Source: Marinicella sp. (GTDB lineage: Bacteria > Pseudomonadota > Gammaproteobacteria > Xanthomonadales > Marinicellaceae). Taken from it: a DNA stretch of 64,000 nucleotides. The notes under the pieces were generated by a model. The model saw nothing but the letters and a program-made list of their open reading frames with translations, did no database searches and had not been told where the DNA came from. The stretch lies in NCBI GenBank assembly GCA_965230295.1, contig OZ246001.1:2336001-2400000 (forward strand). Reading direction: 5' to 3'. Position 1 is the first letter of the stretch; every line of letters begins with the position of its first letter. Shown in pieces: positions 1 to 9,609 of this stretch. Position numbers and translations under genes: made by a program.

Positions 1-2
1 AA

Positions 3-110
3 TACGATTACATGCTGGGTTATGAATTTAAAGTAAATGAATCGATATATTCAGCATTTTTTGCATTCAATGATGGTCACTTAGAGTGGAAACATGTCGA
101 TGAGTTCTAG
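3..110 (+). CDS. C-terminal fragment of a hypothetical protein (gene begins before the window)
   Basis: Open frame from the window edge (YDYMLGYEFKVNESIYSAFFAFNDGHLEWKHVDEF) ending at TAG 108-110; no recognisable motif. Confidence 0.5.
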   Translation, partial: YDYMLGYEFKVNESIYSAFFAFNDGHLEWKHVDEF

Positions 111-113
111 CAG

Positions 114-145
114 GTAGGTTGAGCTAAGCCTGTGCAACCCAACAC
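114..145 (+). repeat. Degenerate GTAG-tagged REP-like palindrome
   Basis: GTAGGTTGAGCT...AACCCAAC just after the stop codon; GTAG tag plus imperfect stem. Confidence 0.45.
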
Positions 146-160
146 TGATCTGAGATATCT

Positions 161-282
161 AAAGACACTGGATCCCGGCCTTCGCCGGGACGACGATTCT
201 CTCAATATCGCTATGCGCCTGTCGAGTGACGGAAAATACAATTTACCGTCATCCCGGACTTGATCCGGGATCCAGTGTCTTT
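161..282. repeat. Inverted pair of CGTC-tagged REP-like elements
   Basis: 161-195 AAAGACACTGGATCCCGGCCTTCGCCGGGACGACG and 247-282 CGTCATCCCGGACTTGATCCGGGATCCAGTGTCTTT; each is a hairpin and they are inverted copies; same family at 45367-45483. Confidence 0.85.
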
Positions 283-305
283 TAGGCATTGCAAAGGTAA
301 GTTAT

Positions 306-1514
306 TTAACCCAAACCTGTTCTGACCGCAATCTTATTATGCAACGTCCGGTGTACCGGGCACTTGTCTGCAATCACAAGTAACCGCTCAATATCAGCCT
401 CGCTCAAGTCGCCTTCAAAAACAAGGCTGCGGTCGATGACATCCACTTGTGGGTGTTCATCATCACAAGCCTGACAATCTTCGCCGTGTTCGCGGCTGTG
501 CCACAAATTAACCACCACATTGTCCATGGGGATTTTCTTTAAATTGGCGTACATGCGCAGGGTCATGACGGTGCAAGTGCCTAAAGCGGCCAGCAGGTGT
601 TGGTAGGGGTCGGGTCCGGTGTTGTTGCCACCGATTTTCAATGGTTCATCGGCCACCCATTGGTGCGAAGCCGTTTGCACATCGCATTGGAATTGGTGAT
701 CGATTTCAGTGACCCGCACATGTTTGTCTGCCACCTGCACTTTGGCTGGTGTGTCATCAACGGCATCAATGAATTTTTCTGACCAAGTGGCGATCACTTT
801 GGCGGCATAGGCAGCGTCTTCGCGTCGGGTGAGCAGGTGGTTGGCGTGATCCAGGCTGACGAAGCTTTTGGGGTGTTTGGCGGCCACGTAAATTTTTTCC
901 GCTTCGTTGATCGAGACCGTGTCATCAATCGGTGAGTGCATCACCAGCAGGGCTTTTTTTAATTGGCTGATGTGGCTGGTGTCTTGTTGGTTCAGATCGT
1001 CGACAAATTGTTTTTTGATCTTGAAGGGTCGTCCACCCAGGTCAACATTGGCTTCACCTTCGGCATCGATGGTGTCCAGATCACATTGGAACAGGTGTTT
1101 GACATGGCCCGCATCGGCCGGTGCCCCAATGGTCACCACGGCTTTGGCGGAAGGGATATGCCCCGCAGCTTTGAGCACCGCAGCGCCGCCGAGTGAATGG
1201 CCGATCAACAAGCTTGGGGCTTGAAAATGTTCGGTCAAGTAATTAGAGGCGGCCACCAAGTCTTCCACATTGGAGGAGAAATTGGTGTTGGCAAAATCAC
1301 CATCTGAATTACCCAAGCCGGTGAAATCAAAGCGCAACACCGCATATCCCAACTCAACCAATGCTTTGCTGATGTGTGACGCCGCGATGAAATCTTTACC
1401 ACAAGTGAAACAATGGGCGAAGACCACATAGGCTTTGGCGTGTTCACTGTGGCGTTCCAACAGTCCGGACAATTGGCCCTGACTGCCTTGGAATTGGATG
1501 GCTTGTTTTTGCAT
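306..1514 (-). CDS. Bifunctional alpha/beta hydrolase / OsmC-family protein
   Basis: [16 protein letters not shown] and GHSLGG nucleophile elbow in the N-domain; C-terminal OsmC domain (LGTCT...KCPVHRTL). Confidence 0.92.
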   Translation of the reverse strand: MQKQAIQFQGSQGQLSGLLERHSEHAKAYVVFAHCFTCGKDFIAASHISKALVELGYAVLRFDFTGLGNSDGDFANTNFSSNVEDLVAASNYLTEHFQAPSLLIGHSLGGAAVLKAAGHIPSAKAVVTIGAPADAGHVKHLFQCDLDTIDAEGEANVDLGGRPFKIKKQFVDDLNQQDTSHISQLKKALLVMHSPIDDTVSINEAEKIYVAAKHPKSFVSLDHANHLLTRREDAAYAAKVIATWSEKFIDAVDDTPAKVQVADKHVRVTEIDHQFQCDVQTASHQWVADEPLKIGGNNTGPDPYQHLLAALGTCTVMTLRMYANLKKIPMDNVVVNLWHSREHGEDCQACDDEHPQVDVIDRSLVFEGDLSEADIERLLVIADKCPVHRTLHNKIAVRTGLG

Positions 1515-1607
1515 GTGCTGTCCCCTCGACTTGTTGATTGTGGTTATAAGACCATTTTAGCAGTTAAAGCTTGCAGGAGAATTTTTTGGCTTTTCCCGTA
1601 CAACGAC

Positions 1608-1688
1608 GTCGACTGAAGTCGACACTCCAAATAATTATCATGAGACCAGTTAAGATAACAACACTTGGAGCGTTGGCATCTGTCAAGC
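1608..1688. repeat. Head-to-head pair of TGGAG-tagged REP-like hairpins
   Basis: Minus strand 1630-1608 TTGGAGTG-TCGACT-TC-AGTCGA; plus strand 1665-1687 TTGGAGCG-TTGGCA-TC-TGTCAA; same tag and loop, compensatory stem changes. Confidence 0.6.
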
Positions 1689-1691
1689 AGG

Positions 1692-1787
1692 CTTCGATTA
1701 CGCTCAGCCAGCGAGCGGTCAGGTTGACCGTTCACTGAGCGGAGTCGAAGTGAGCGGAGTCGAAGTGAGTGGAGCCGAAGTGAGCGG
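1692..1787. repeat. CTTCGA/TCGAAG-type REP-like inverted pair with tandem 15-bp expansion
   Basis: CTTCGATTACGCTCAG (1692-1707) is inverted relative to TGAGCGGAGTCGAAG, repeated at 1736, 1751, 1766 (2 mismatches) and partially at 1781. Confidence 0.8.
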
Positions 1788-1869
1788 TTCATCTGTGTTC
1801 AAGAAGGTTAAAACCCCCAAGGGCATATCATTTGATACAGATCCTCAGGTAAAATAAAGTTTTACTCCG

Positions 1870-2256
1870 ATGAAATCCATGATCCAGCACGACAGTTTGA
1901 ATGTATATGGTGAGGCTTTGGAGCCTTGCAGTGAAGATCCAGTCACTGGTTTTTTTCGCGATGGTTGTTGTAACACTGCGAATGAAGACATGGGTATGCA
2001 CACGGTTTGTGTACAACTGACCGATGACTTTTTACAGTTTTCTCAGCGCATGGGCAATGATTTGATCACCCCACATCCTGAGTTTGATTTTCCTGGGCTC
2101 AAAGCGGGGGATCGCTGGTGTTTGTGTGCCACCCGATGGTTACAGGCTTATAAGGCTGGTGTGGCACCCAAGGTACACATGCGCAGTACGCACTTTCGCA
2201 CTTTGGAAGTGGTCAATATCAAATTACTCAAAGCCCATGCAGCGGATCTGCAATGA
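1870..2256 (+). CDS. DUF2237 family protein
   Basis: NVYGEALEPCS.DP.TGFFRDGCC...H.VC...GNDLITP...GDRWCLCA.RW motif. Confidence 0.92.
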   Translation: MKSMIQHDSLNVYGEALEPCSEDPVTGFFRDGCCNTANEDMGMHTVCVQLTDDFLQFSQRMGNDLITPHPEFDFPGLKAGDRWCLCATRWLQAYKAGVAPKVHMRSTHFRTLEVVNIKLLKAHAADLQ

Positions 2257-2265
2257 AGGATAGAT

Positions 2266-3165
2266 TCAATGTTCTGGGTTGATCAATTTATAACGGCGCT
2301 TTTTGCTCCGTATCGATTGGATGCTGATGATCAGTAAGGCGGTCCAAATGCCCGCAAAAGCCACTTGGTGGCCGGGTGTGAAGGCTTCGCCATAAAACAA
2401 CACCGCAATCAAAAAGCTGATGGATGGTGCAATGTATTGCAAGAAACCAATCAAGGTCAGGGTCAATCTTTTGGCTGCATAATTAAAGCCAATCAATGGC
2501 AGGATGGTCACCAAACCAGAAAAAACCAACAGCCACAGGGTGTTGCTATCCATCGGCATTGATGCGGCGGGTGCCCAATACATCAAAAACAACAAGGCTG
2601 GAATCAGCAACATGCAGGTTTCCCAAAACAAGCCAATCAAGGGCCTGACATCCAGTTGTTTTCTGACCAATCCATACAAACCAAAAGTAACGGCCAAAAA
2701 CAAAGCAATCCAGGGTGGTTGGCCAATATAAATGCCCAGGTAAATGGTGGTGGCAGAAGCGATCAACAGGGCCACAACCTGGACCTTATTCAAGCGTTCA
2801 TGCAGGAACAGCATGCCCAAAAAGATGTTCACCAGTGGGGTGATGAAATAACCCAGTGAAGTGGCCAGGATTTGTCCATCATTAACGGCCCAAACGAAAA
2901 TCAACCAATTACTGACCACCAAAGAGCCGCTGAGAAATAAAATGAATAATTGTTTGCTGGATACTTTCAGTGCTTGAAATAAGTGTTGGCGTTCTCGAAT
3001 GGCCAAAAACAACAACAGCGTAAGCGCTGCCCAGATGATGCGGTGGGCGATGATGTTGATGGCAGGCACATGTTGTAACAGTTTGAAGTAGATGGGTGCA
3101 AAGCCCCAAAAAATGAAACAAAACAAGCCGGCTGCCAAACCTTTGTTGTGGTCGGTGATGGGCAT
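2266..3165 (-). CDS. rarD: RarD-family EamA/DMT transporter
   Basis: About 10 TM segments; WG..PIYFKLL, IAHRIIW, SLGYFITPL, QYIAPS. Start placed at M7 (3165); the ORF extends to 3183. Confidence 0.88.
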   Translation of the reverse strand: MPITDHNKGLAAGLFCFIFWGFAPIYFKLLQHVPAINIIAHRIIWAALTLLLFLAIRERQHLFQALKVSSKQLFILFLSGSLVVSNWLIFVWAVNDGQILATSLGYFITPLVNIFLGMLFLHERLNKVQVVALLIASATTIYLGIYIGQPPWIALFLAVTFGLYGLVRKQLDVRPLIGLFWETCMLLIPALLFLMYWAPAASMPMDSNTLWLLVFSGLVTILPLIGFNYAAKRLTLTLIGFLQYIAPSISFLIAVLFYGEAFTPGHQVAFAGIWTALLIISIQSIRSKKRRYKLINPEH

Positions 3166-3256
3166 GTGCGTATTGTAGTGCATTTATCTGTGTGGGCCGA
3201 TAAAACCTACTGCTGATTCGTTATATAATCAAATCAATTTATTCTAAGCAACAATC

Positions 3257-4102
3257 ATGAAAACCATTTTGATCATCAGTTCTTTGTTGATAAGCAGTGT
3301 CAGTTTCAGCCATCAAGATGCCAGCCAAGCCAGTCACATTGATGATGGTTCAGTGACTTATTTGGGTAATACCGGTTTGTTGGTCGATCATGGTGAGCAA
3401 CAGATTCTGTTTGATCCCTTTTTTCACAACCACTTTGGTCATTACCAATTGGTTCCTGAGGAAACCAGAACAGCGATTTTTTCTGCCCAGCCACCGTTTG
3501 ATTCTATTGAAATGATTTTGATCAGTCATGCCCATGCAGATCACTTCGATGCCAAAGATGTGGTGAAGTATCTGACCAGCCACCCTGCCACGAAGCTGTT
3601 GGCTCCCAGCCAAGCGGTCAATGAGTTACAGGCAATCACCGGCTATGAGGCTGTTGAACAACAAGTCACCGGGATCGATTTGGCCTATGGTGATGAACCG
3701 ATCGAGTTGAGGTTTCCTGGGATTGAAATTGATGTGGTGAGGATACCTCACGCTGGATGGCCTGGCCGGGCACATGTCTCCAATTTAGTGTACCGTGTGA
3801 CTTTGAATGATCAAGCCACAGTGATGCACATGGGTGATGCCGATCCGGATGATGAACATTTCAAACCCTGGGCCAGTTATTGGGAGTCGCAAATAACCGA
3901 TCGAGCTTATCCGCCTTACTGGTTCATGTTGACCCCCAATGGTCAGGAGATCATTGCCAACCGAATCAACACCAAGCAAGCCACTGGCGTGCATGTTCCT
4001 ATTCAGGTGCCGGAGGCGCTGAAATCCAGTGGTGCCGACTTTTTTTCTGAAACAGGGTCGAACCATCCCATCAAAACAGTCAAGCCAACCAAACAACAAT
4101 GA
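3257..4102 (+). CDS. Exported MBL-fold metallo-hydrolase
   Basis: Signal peptide; YLGNTG, ILFDP, SHAHADH (HxHxDH), HMGD. Confidence 0.85.
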   Translation: MKTILIISSLLISSVSFSHQDASQASHIDDGSVTYLGNTGLLVDHGEQQILFDPFFHNHFGHYQLVPEETRTAIFSAQPPFDSIEMILISHAHADHFDAKDVVKYLTSHPATKLLAPSQAVNELQAITGYEAVEQQVTGIDLAYGDEPIELRFPGIEIDVVRIPHAGWPGRAHVSNLVYRVTLNDQATVMHMGDADPDDEHFKPWASYWESQITDRAYPPYWFMLTPNGQEIIANRINTKQATGVHVPIQVPEALKSSGADFFSETGSNHPIKTVKPTKQQ

Positions 4103-5463
4103 ACTCAAACAAATTGATCAAATCCATCCTCATAGCCAGCCTGTTGTGTTGGCAAATCAGTTGGGCAGGTATGCCAAAAATTCTGCCCCTAAAAACCCAG
4201 GCGCAAGTCATTGATCGCTTACTTGAAGAGAAAGTGAACAGCACATTGCCAAAGTTGATGCGAGATGCAGGCATCGACATGTGGATCGTGATGGCCCGAG
4301 AATACAATGAAGATCCAGTCATCAGAACCATGTTGCCAGCGATTTGGCATGCGGCTCGACGACGCACCGTCTTGGTGATGTATGATCCAGGTCGTGACCA
4401 GGAAATAGAAACCATGGCTGTGGCTCGTTATGACGTCGGTCAAGTGTTCAAGAAATCCTGGGACAAAGAACAGCAACCTGATCAGTGGGCCAGGTTGGTT
4501 GAAATCATCGAAGCCAGAAAGCCACAAAAGATTGGACTCAATTATTCAGATCACTATGGCCAGGCCGATGGTTTGACTTACGCAGAACAGCAAGCCTTCA
4601 TGAACAAACTGCCTGCCAAGTACTACAGTCGAGTGGTCAGTGCTGAAACGTTGACCGTTGGTTGGCTGGAAACCAGAACCCCTGGTGAAATGGTCGTTTA
4701 CCAACAAATCGTCAGCATCGCACATCATATATTGGCAGAAGGTTTGTCCAGCAAAGCCATTCAGCCAGGTGTGACATCGACCGAAGATTTGGTTTGGTGG
4801 TATCGCGAACGCGTCAAGTCATTGAAATTGGACACTTGGTTCCATCCTTCGGTTTCAATCCAGCGAGCTGACAAAGAACAATTTGATCATTTGCGTACCT
4901 TTGATAAACGCCCTGCAGAGAACATCATACAGCCCGGTGACTTAATCCATGTGGATTTTGGCATCACTTACATGCGCCTTAACACCGACACCCAACAACA
5001 TGCCTATGTTTTAAGGCCTGGTGAAAAAGATGCGCCTGGGTACCTCAAACAAGCTTTAAAAAATGCCAACCGTTTACAGGACATCTTCACCGATAACTTT
5101 ATGGTGGGCAGGACCGGCAATGAAGTGTTGGCCATGTCCAGACAACAAGCCATTGATGAAGGCATCAAGCCAGCCATTTATACCCATCCCATAGGATATT
5201 ATGGCCACGGTGCAGGTACCACTTTGGGCATGTGGGATTCACAAGGGGGCGTGCCACACACGGGTGACTACCCTTTACATGCCAACACCGCTTATGCCAT
5301 TGAATTGAATGCAGCTACCTATATTAAGGAGTGGGACAAAGAAATTCGCATCATGTTAGAGGAGGATGCTTTTTTTGATGGTGAATCTGTGCACTACATC
5401 AATGGCAGGCAAAAGCAGTTTCATTTGATTCCCAGACAGCACAATCAGATTCTGGGTGATTGA
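4099..5463 (+). CDS. Exported M24-family (Xaa-Pro) aminopeptidase
   Basis: Signal peptide; GDLIHVDFG...NTDTQ, HPIGYYGHGAG, AIEL, LEED metal ligands; ATGA overlap with the upstream gene. Confidence 0.88.
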   Translation: MNSNKLIKSILIASLLCWQISWAGMPKILPLKTQAQVIDRLLEEKVNSTLPKLMRDAGIDMWIVMAREYNEDPVIRTMLPAIWHAARRRTVLVMYDPGRDQEIETMAVARYDVGQVFKKSWDKEQQPDQWARLVEIIEARKPQKIGLNYSDHYGQADGLTYAEQQAFMNKLPAKYYSRVVSAETLTVGWLETRTPGEMVVYQQIVSIAHHILAEGLSSKAIQPGVTSTEDLVWWYRERVKSLKLDTWFHPSVSIQRADKEQFDHLRTFDKRPAENIIQPGDLIHVDFGITYMRLNTDTQQHAYVLRPGEKDAPGYLKQALKNANRLQDIFTDNFMVGRTGNEVLAMSRQQAIDEGIKPAIYTHPIGYYGHGAGTTLGMWDSQGGVPHTGDYPLHANTAYAIELNAATYIKEWDKEIRIMLEEDAFFDGESVHYINGRQKQFHLIPRQHNQILGD

Positions 5464-5841
5464 GGTGACCTAGGAAAGCTGCTCAGCAGCTTTTCATAGA
5501 TATAATCTGGGTGAGCCAAAACAGCTATTTTTTGGTGAAAAACATTAAAATTTGGGTTATTTCAGGTCAGTTGTTAAGAGGATTCTGTTGATTAAGTTGG
5601 GCCATTTGGCAGGCCTGGTATGGACTGAAGCTCAGGTTTTACGGGCTTTGAAACTTATTAAAGGTAAATTTCAAGTAAAGAAAGCGTTTTGATTGAAAAA
5701 AATAATGTTAAGAAAATGTAAAAAAAACTGAATTGTGACTTTTTTTTAACAAATGAAAGTGTTAGTATGTGCCGGATAGGGAATCTATATAGATGCAATT
5801 TTTTGAGTTAACTCATGGATAACAATTTGGAGAACATATAA

Positions 5842-8547
5842 ATGAAAATGAAACGTAATCCTATTACTAATGCTGTGCAAAAAGCATTATTTACAGGTTT
5901 TATCGCTTCTTCAGCTTTCGGTACTGTTGCTTTAGCACAAGACAGTGACGACGATTCAGTTGAAGAGCAGGGTAAAATTACTGTTACGGGTTCGCGTATT
6001 AAACGCTCAGACATTGAGGGTGCGGTACCGGTAACAATCATTACTCGTGAACAATTAGAGCTCAGCGGTGAAAGTAATGCTGCTGACTTCTTAAGAAACA
6101 CCACTTTTAACACTTCTGGTTCTTTCAGACCTCAGTCTGGTAGTTCAATCCAAAGTGTATCAACACTTAGCTTACGTGGTATTGGTTCAGCCAGAACATT
6201 GGTTTTGGTTGACGGTCGTCGTATTCCTAAAGCACCTACTTCTGGTCAAGCACAAGATTTGAACGCCATCCCATTGGGTGCGATTGAAAGAATCGAGATT
6301 TTGACTGACGGTGCATCGGCTATTTATGGTTCTGACGCCATCGGTGGTGTTGTTAACGTGATCACACGTACAGACTACACCGGTGCTGAAATCACCTTGG
6401 GTGCTCAAGAAGTGAGCATCGCTGCTAATGGTGGTGAGAGAGAAGAAGGTTCTGTACTGTTTGGTGCAGCCAATGACCGCTCTAGCGTTATTGCTGGTAT
6501 TTCCTGGAATGATCGTGAGATTATTTTCCAAAGAGATTTGCCTTGGAATGTGCCAGGTGGTTCTACTTTCAGTAACAACTTCCGTGCAGTTGCGGCTGCT
6601 GGTAACGAAACAGGTCCATTCATTTCAGCCACAGCTTGTAACTTCCCTAACACCGGTTTCTATACCTTGAATCCTGGTGCTGGCGTTGCTGGCGGTGAGC
6701 GTTGTGCTTATGATTTCACATTGGAATCTGCTGATGAAGCTTCGATTGAAAACCAATCTTTCTATGTGAAAGCACGTCATGAAATCAATGACAGTTGGGA
6801 ATTGTGGGTTAATGCCGGTGTTTATGAAACCAAATCATTTGGTCGTTATGCACCAGTACCAGATGGCAGTGCGTTCTCAGGAACAGGCTTGCCAATTTCT
6901 GCCTCAAGCCCTAACAACCCAAGTAACCCAGCCAGCCCATTGTATGACCCAGCAAACTGGGCCACACCTCAAGTGGTTCACTGGAGACACCGTTTTGATG
7001 CGTTAGGTAATCGTGATAACAACATCACAACAACCAACACCAGTTTCGAAATTGGTACCACTGGTCAAGTGGGTAATGCTGAAGTTGAGTTTGGTGTAAC
7101 CAGAGCCAACTCTAACAGTGTGAACATTGGTAGAAACTACTTGTTAAGATCTGCTGCAGCTTCAGCTGTTGAAAGTGGTGCTTACAACTTGGCTGATCCA
7201 TACAATTCTCCTGCTGCAGTATTGAACTCATTGCGTGTAACAACTAACCGTGATGCTAAATTCGACCAAGACACCATGTTTGGTTCTGTTGCATTTGATT
7301 TGTTTGACATGGCTAACGGCCCTGTATCAGTTTACATTGGTGCAGAGTACCGCGATGTGAAATATCAAGACAGATATGACTCATTGTCAGAAGCGGGTCA
7401 AGTTGGTGGTTCATCAGGTTCGAGTGCCGGTGGCGGACGTGACGTAACTTCTGTATTCTTCGAGGGCTTGGTGCCATTGTTGGATAACTTGGAAATGTCT
7501 ATCGCTGGTCGTTACGATGACTACTCAGATTACGGTGATGATTTCTCACCTAAAGTATCTTTCAGATACCAACCTCTGGATAACTTGACTTTACGTGCAT
7601 CGTACGGTGAAGGTTTCCGTGCACCAACTTTGGATATTTTGACTCAACAGCCTGCAGAATCAGCTGATACTGTTAATGATCCTCAAACTTGTATCGCTGA
7701 AGGTTTGGCAAGTACTTGTTTGACTCAAATTCAAGGCAGAGTTATTGCTAACCCAGCTTTAGGATCTGAGCAATCTGAGCAGTTCTCTTTAGGTTTGGCT
7801 TATGAGCCATTTGACTGGTTGAACTTCACTGTTGATTACTGGGATATCGAAGTTTCGGATCAAATCCGTAACATCACAGCTCAAACATTGGTTAATGAAA
7901 ACATCCGTGGTGAAAGCAGACCAGGTTTAGGTTGTGTGCGTGATGCAGCAACTGGTGCCATTATTCTGTGTACTCGTGGTGCAACCAATGAAGGTTTGAT
8001 CAACGCTTCTGGTGTTGATATCAACGCTCGATTCACTTACGAAGCTTTGGCTGGTAGTTTCTCTCACCAGTTCCAATGGTCTCGTGCTTTGTCTCAAGAG
8101 CTTGATAAAAACCGTGAGTTGGTTGACGATCCAGGTACTCCACCAAATCGTATCGTTATCAACAACAGCTACACCTATGGTGATTGGCAGTTTGCTTATA
8201 ACCTGAATATGGTTGGTGATCAGTTCAACAACGTAAGTTCATTCAACACACTTGCTGAAGCTGATGCTTATGTTGCTGGTTTAGCTCCAGGAACTGACAT
8301 TGATCGTGAAGTAGGTAGAAATGGTCTTTACTATGTTAAAGATGGTCACACGCCAACTTGGATCACTCATGACTTCCAGTTGAATTACTTTGCGCCTTGG
8401 GACGGTAAATTCACAGTCGGTGTACAAAACGCCGGTGAGAAATTCCCACCAATTGGTTTAGGTAATACGACCAACCGTGATTACGACTTTAACCTGTATA
8501 ATGGTTATGGAAGAATCACTTACTTCAGATACACTCAAACTTTCTAA
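5842..8547 (+). CDS. TonB-dependent outer-membrane receptor
   Basis: TonB box ITVTGSRIKR, plug motifs LRGIG..RTLVLVDGRR and IERIEILTDGASAIYGSDAIGGVVNVIT, C-terminal Phe; strongly biased (high-expression-like) codon usage; GGAG SD. Confidence 0.95.
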   Translation: MKMKRNPITNAVQKALFTGFIASSAFGTVALAQDSDDDSVEEQGKITVTGSRIKRSDIEGAVPVTIITREQLELSGESNAADFLRNTTFNTSGSFRPQSGSSIQSVSTLSLRGIGSARTLVLVDGRRIPKAPTSGQAQDLNAIPLGAIERIEILTDGASAIYGSDAIGGVVNVITRTDYTGAEITLGAQEVSIAANGGEREEGSVLFGAANDRSSVIAGISWNDREIIFQRDLPWNVPGGSTFSNNFRAVAAAGNETGPFISATACNFPNTGFYTLNPGAGVAGGERCAYDFTLESADEASIENQSFYVKARHEINDSWELWVNAGVYETKSFGRYAPVPDGSAFSGTGLPISASSPNNPSNPASPLYDPANWATPQVVHWRHRFDALGNRDNNITTTNTSFEIGTTGQVGNAEVEFGVTRANSNSVNIGRNYLLRSAAASAVESGAYNLADPYNSPAAVLNSLRVTTNRDAKFDQDTMFGSVAFDLFDMANGPVSVYIGAEYRDVKYQDRYDSLSEAGQVGGSSGSSAGGGRDVTSVFFEGLVPLLDNLEMSIAGRYDDYSDYGDDFSPKVSFRYQPLDNLTLRASYGEGFRAPTLDILTQQPAESADTVNDPQTCIAEGLASTCLTQIQGRVIANPALGSEQSEQFSLGLAYEPFDWLNFTVDYWDIEVSDQIRNITAQTLVNENIRGESRPGLGCVRDAATGAIILCTRGATNEGLINASGVDINARFTYEALAGSFSHQFQWSRALSQELDKNRELVDDPGTPPNRIVINNSYTYGDWQFAYNLNMVGDQFNNVSSFNTLAEADAYVAGLAPGTDIDREVGRNGLYYVKDGHTPTWITHDFQLNYFAPWDGKFTVGVQNAGEKFPPIGLGNTTNRDYDFNLYNGYGRITYFRYTQTF

Positions 8548-8567
8548 TCGAAGTTTGATAAACTGAG

Positions 8568-8595
8568 AAAAGGCGTACTTCGGTACGCCTTTTTT
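8568..8595 (+). terminator. Intrinsic terminator
   Basis: AAAAGGCGTAC-TTCG-GTACGCCTTTTTT. Confidence 0.9.
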
Positions 8596-8610
8596 ATTGG
8601 CCTATATATA

Positions 8611-9561
8611 TTGGAACTGGAAAAGATGGCAAAAAATCATTGGACGGCTTACTGGCAAACTGGGGCATTGACCTCACTGCCGATGGACTTCAAAGAAAAC
8701 TATGATGGCGAATTGGCGTTGTACTGGAATGACATACTCAGCAACAGTCAAACACCTGTATCAATTCTTGATGTGTGCACAGGCAATGGTGCGATTGCTA
8801 TTCTGTTACAGGAATTGGCGGATGAGCTAGATTTGGAAGTTTCAATAACTGCAGTAGACGCATCTGACATCAAACCAGATGTCATCAGTGAGGTTTTCCC
8901 TGATAAAGAAGGCGCCATAAAGAAAATCAATTTTGTTGGCAACTGCTTGGTTGAAAATATGTCACAAGTGATCGATCATAAGTTTGACCTGATTGTCAGT
9001 CAGTATGGCATAGAATATTGTGACACTGAGCAAGCAGCAGTATCAGTCAGGAAGATGCTGAATCCTCAAGGTAGATTGGTATTTGTGGCTCATGCTCCGG
9101 AGACTGATATCCATAAATACATGCGTGCTGAGGAACAAGTTTATCAGTACTTAGAAGAAGTCAATATCATGAATTTATTCCTGCAATTTGCTCAAAATAA
9201 AATGTCTGCAAATGGCTTTAAAAGTAAATTATCTCAAGCCTTAGAGCAAATGAAATACAAAATAGAATATCGTGGACAAGATTTATTTAATGTTTGGGCG
9301 AACTCAGCCATGCAACTTTCGCAGATGAATAATGCTGTTCTGAAAACTCAAAAAACGAAAATTCACAATTTTTACTTACAATACAAGCATGCACGAGACC
9401 GGGCTTTGGATATGTTGGCTGTATCAGAAAAATTAAGCAACCAGCCTGATTGGTACTCGGCTTTTGAAAAACAAGGTTTAACGTTAATCAAACAGGGTGA
9501 TGTTTTATACAGGGGGCAACACAACGCTGGTCATTTCTACGAATTCAAACTTGATACATAG
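8611..9561 (+). CDS. Class I SAM-dependent methyltransferase
   Basis: ILDVCTGNG motif I, FDLIVSQYGIEY, LNPQGRLVFVAH; ATG at 8626 is an alternative start. Confidence 0.85.
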   Translation: MELEKMAKNHWTAYWQTGALTSLPMDFKENYDGELALYWNDILSNSQTPVSILDVCTGNGAIAILLQELADELDLEVSITAVDASDIKPDVISEVFPDKEGAIKKINFVGNCLVENMSQVIDHKFDLIVSQYGIEYCDTEQAAVSVRKMLNPQGRLVFVAHAPETDIHKYMRAEEQVYQYLEEVNIMNLFLQFAQNKMSANGFKSKLSQALEQMKYKIEYRGQDLFNVWANSAMQLSQMNNAVLKTQKTKIHNFYLQYKHARDRALDMLAVSEKLSNQPDWYSAFEKQGLTLIKQGDVLYRGQHNAGHFYEFKLDT

Positions 9562-9609
9562 CTCAATCAGGCATTGAGGTATTTAATCGGTAAACAGTGT
9601 AATTAATCT

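Noticed and set aside
1736-1787. Possible mini CRISPR array
   Set aside because: 15-bp units are directly adjacent with no spacers, and no cas genes are present; it is a REP-derived tandem repeat.
1544-1792. 82-aa ORF with SLRLR repeats (also 107-289)
   Set aside because: These are translations of the REP elements, with no SD or protein-like features.
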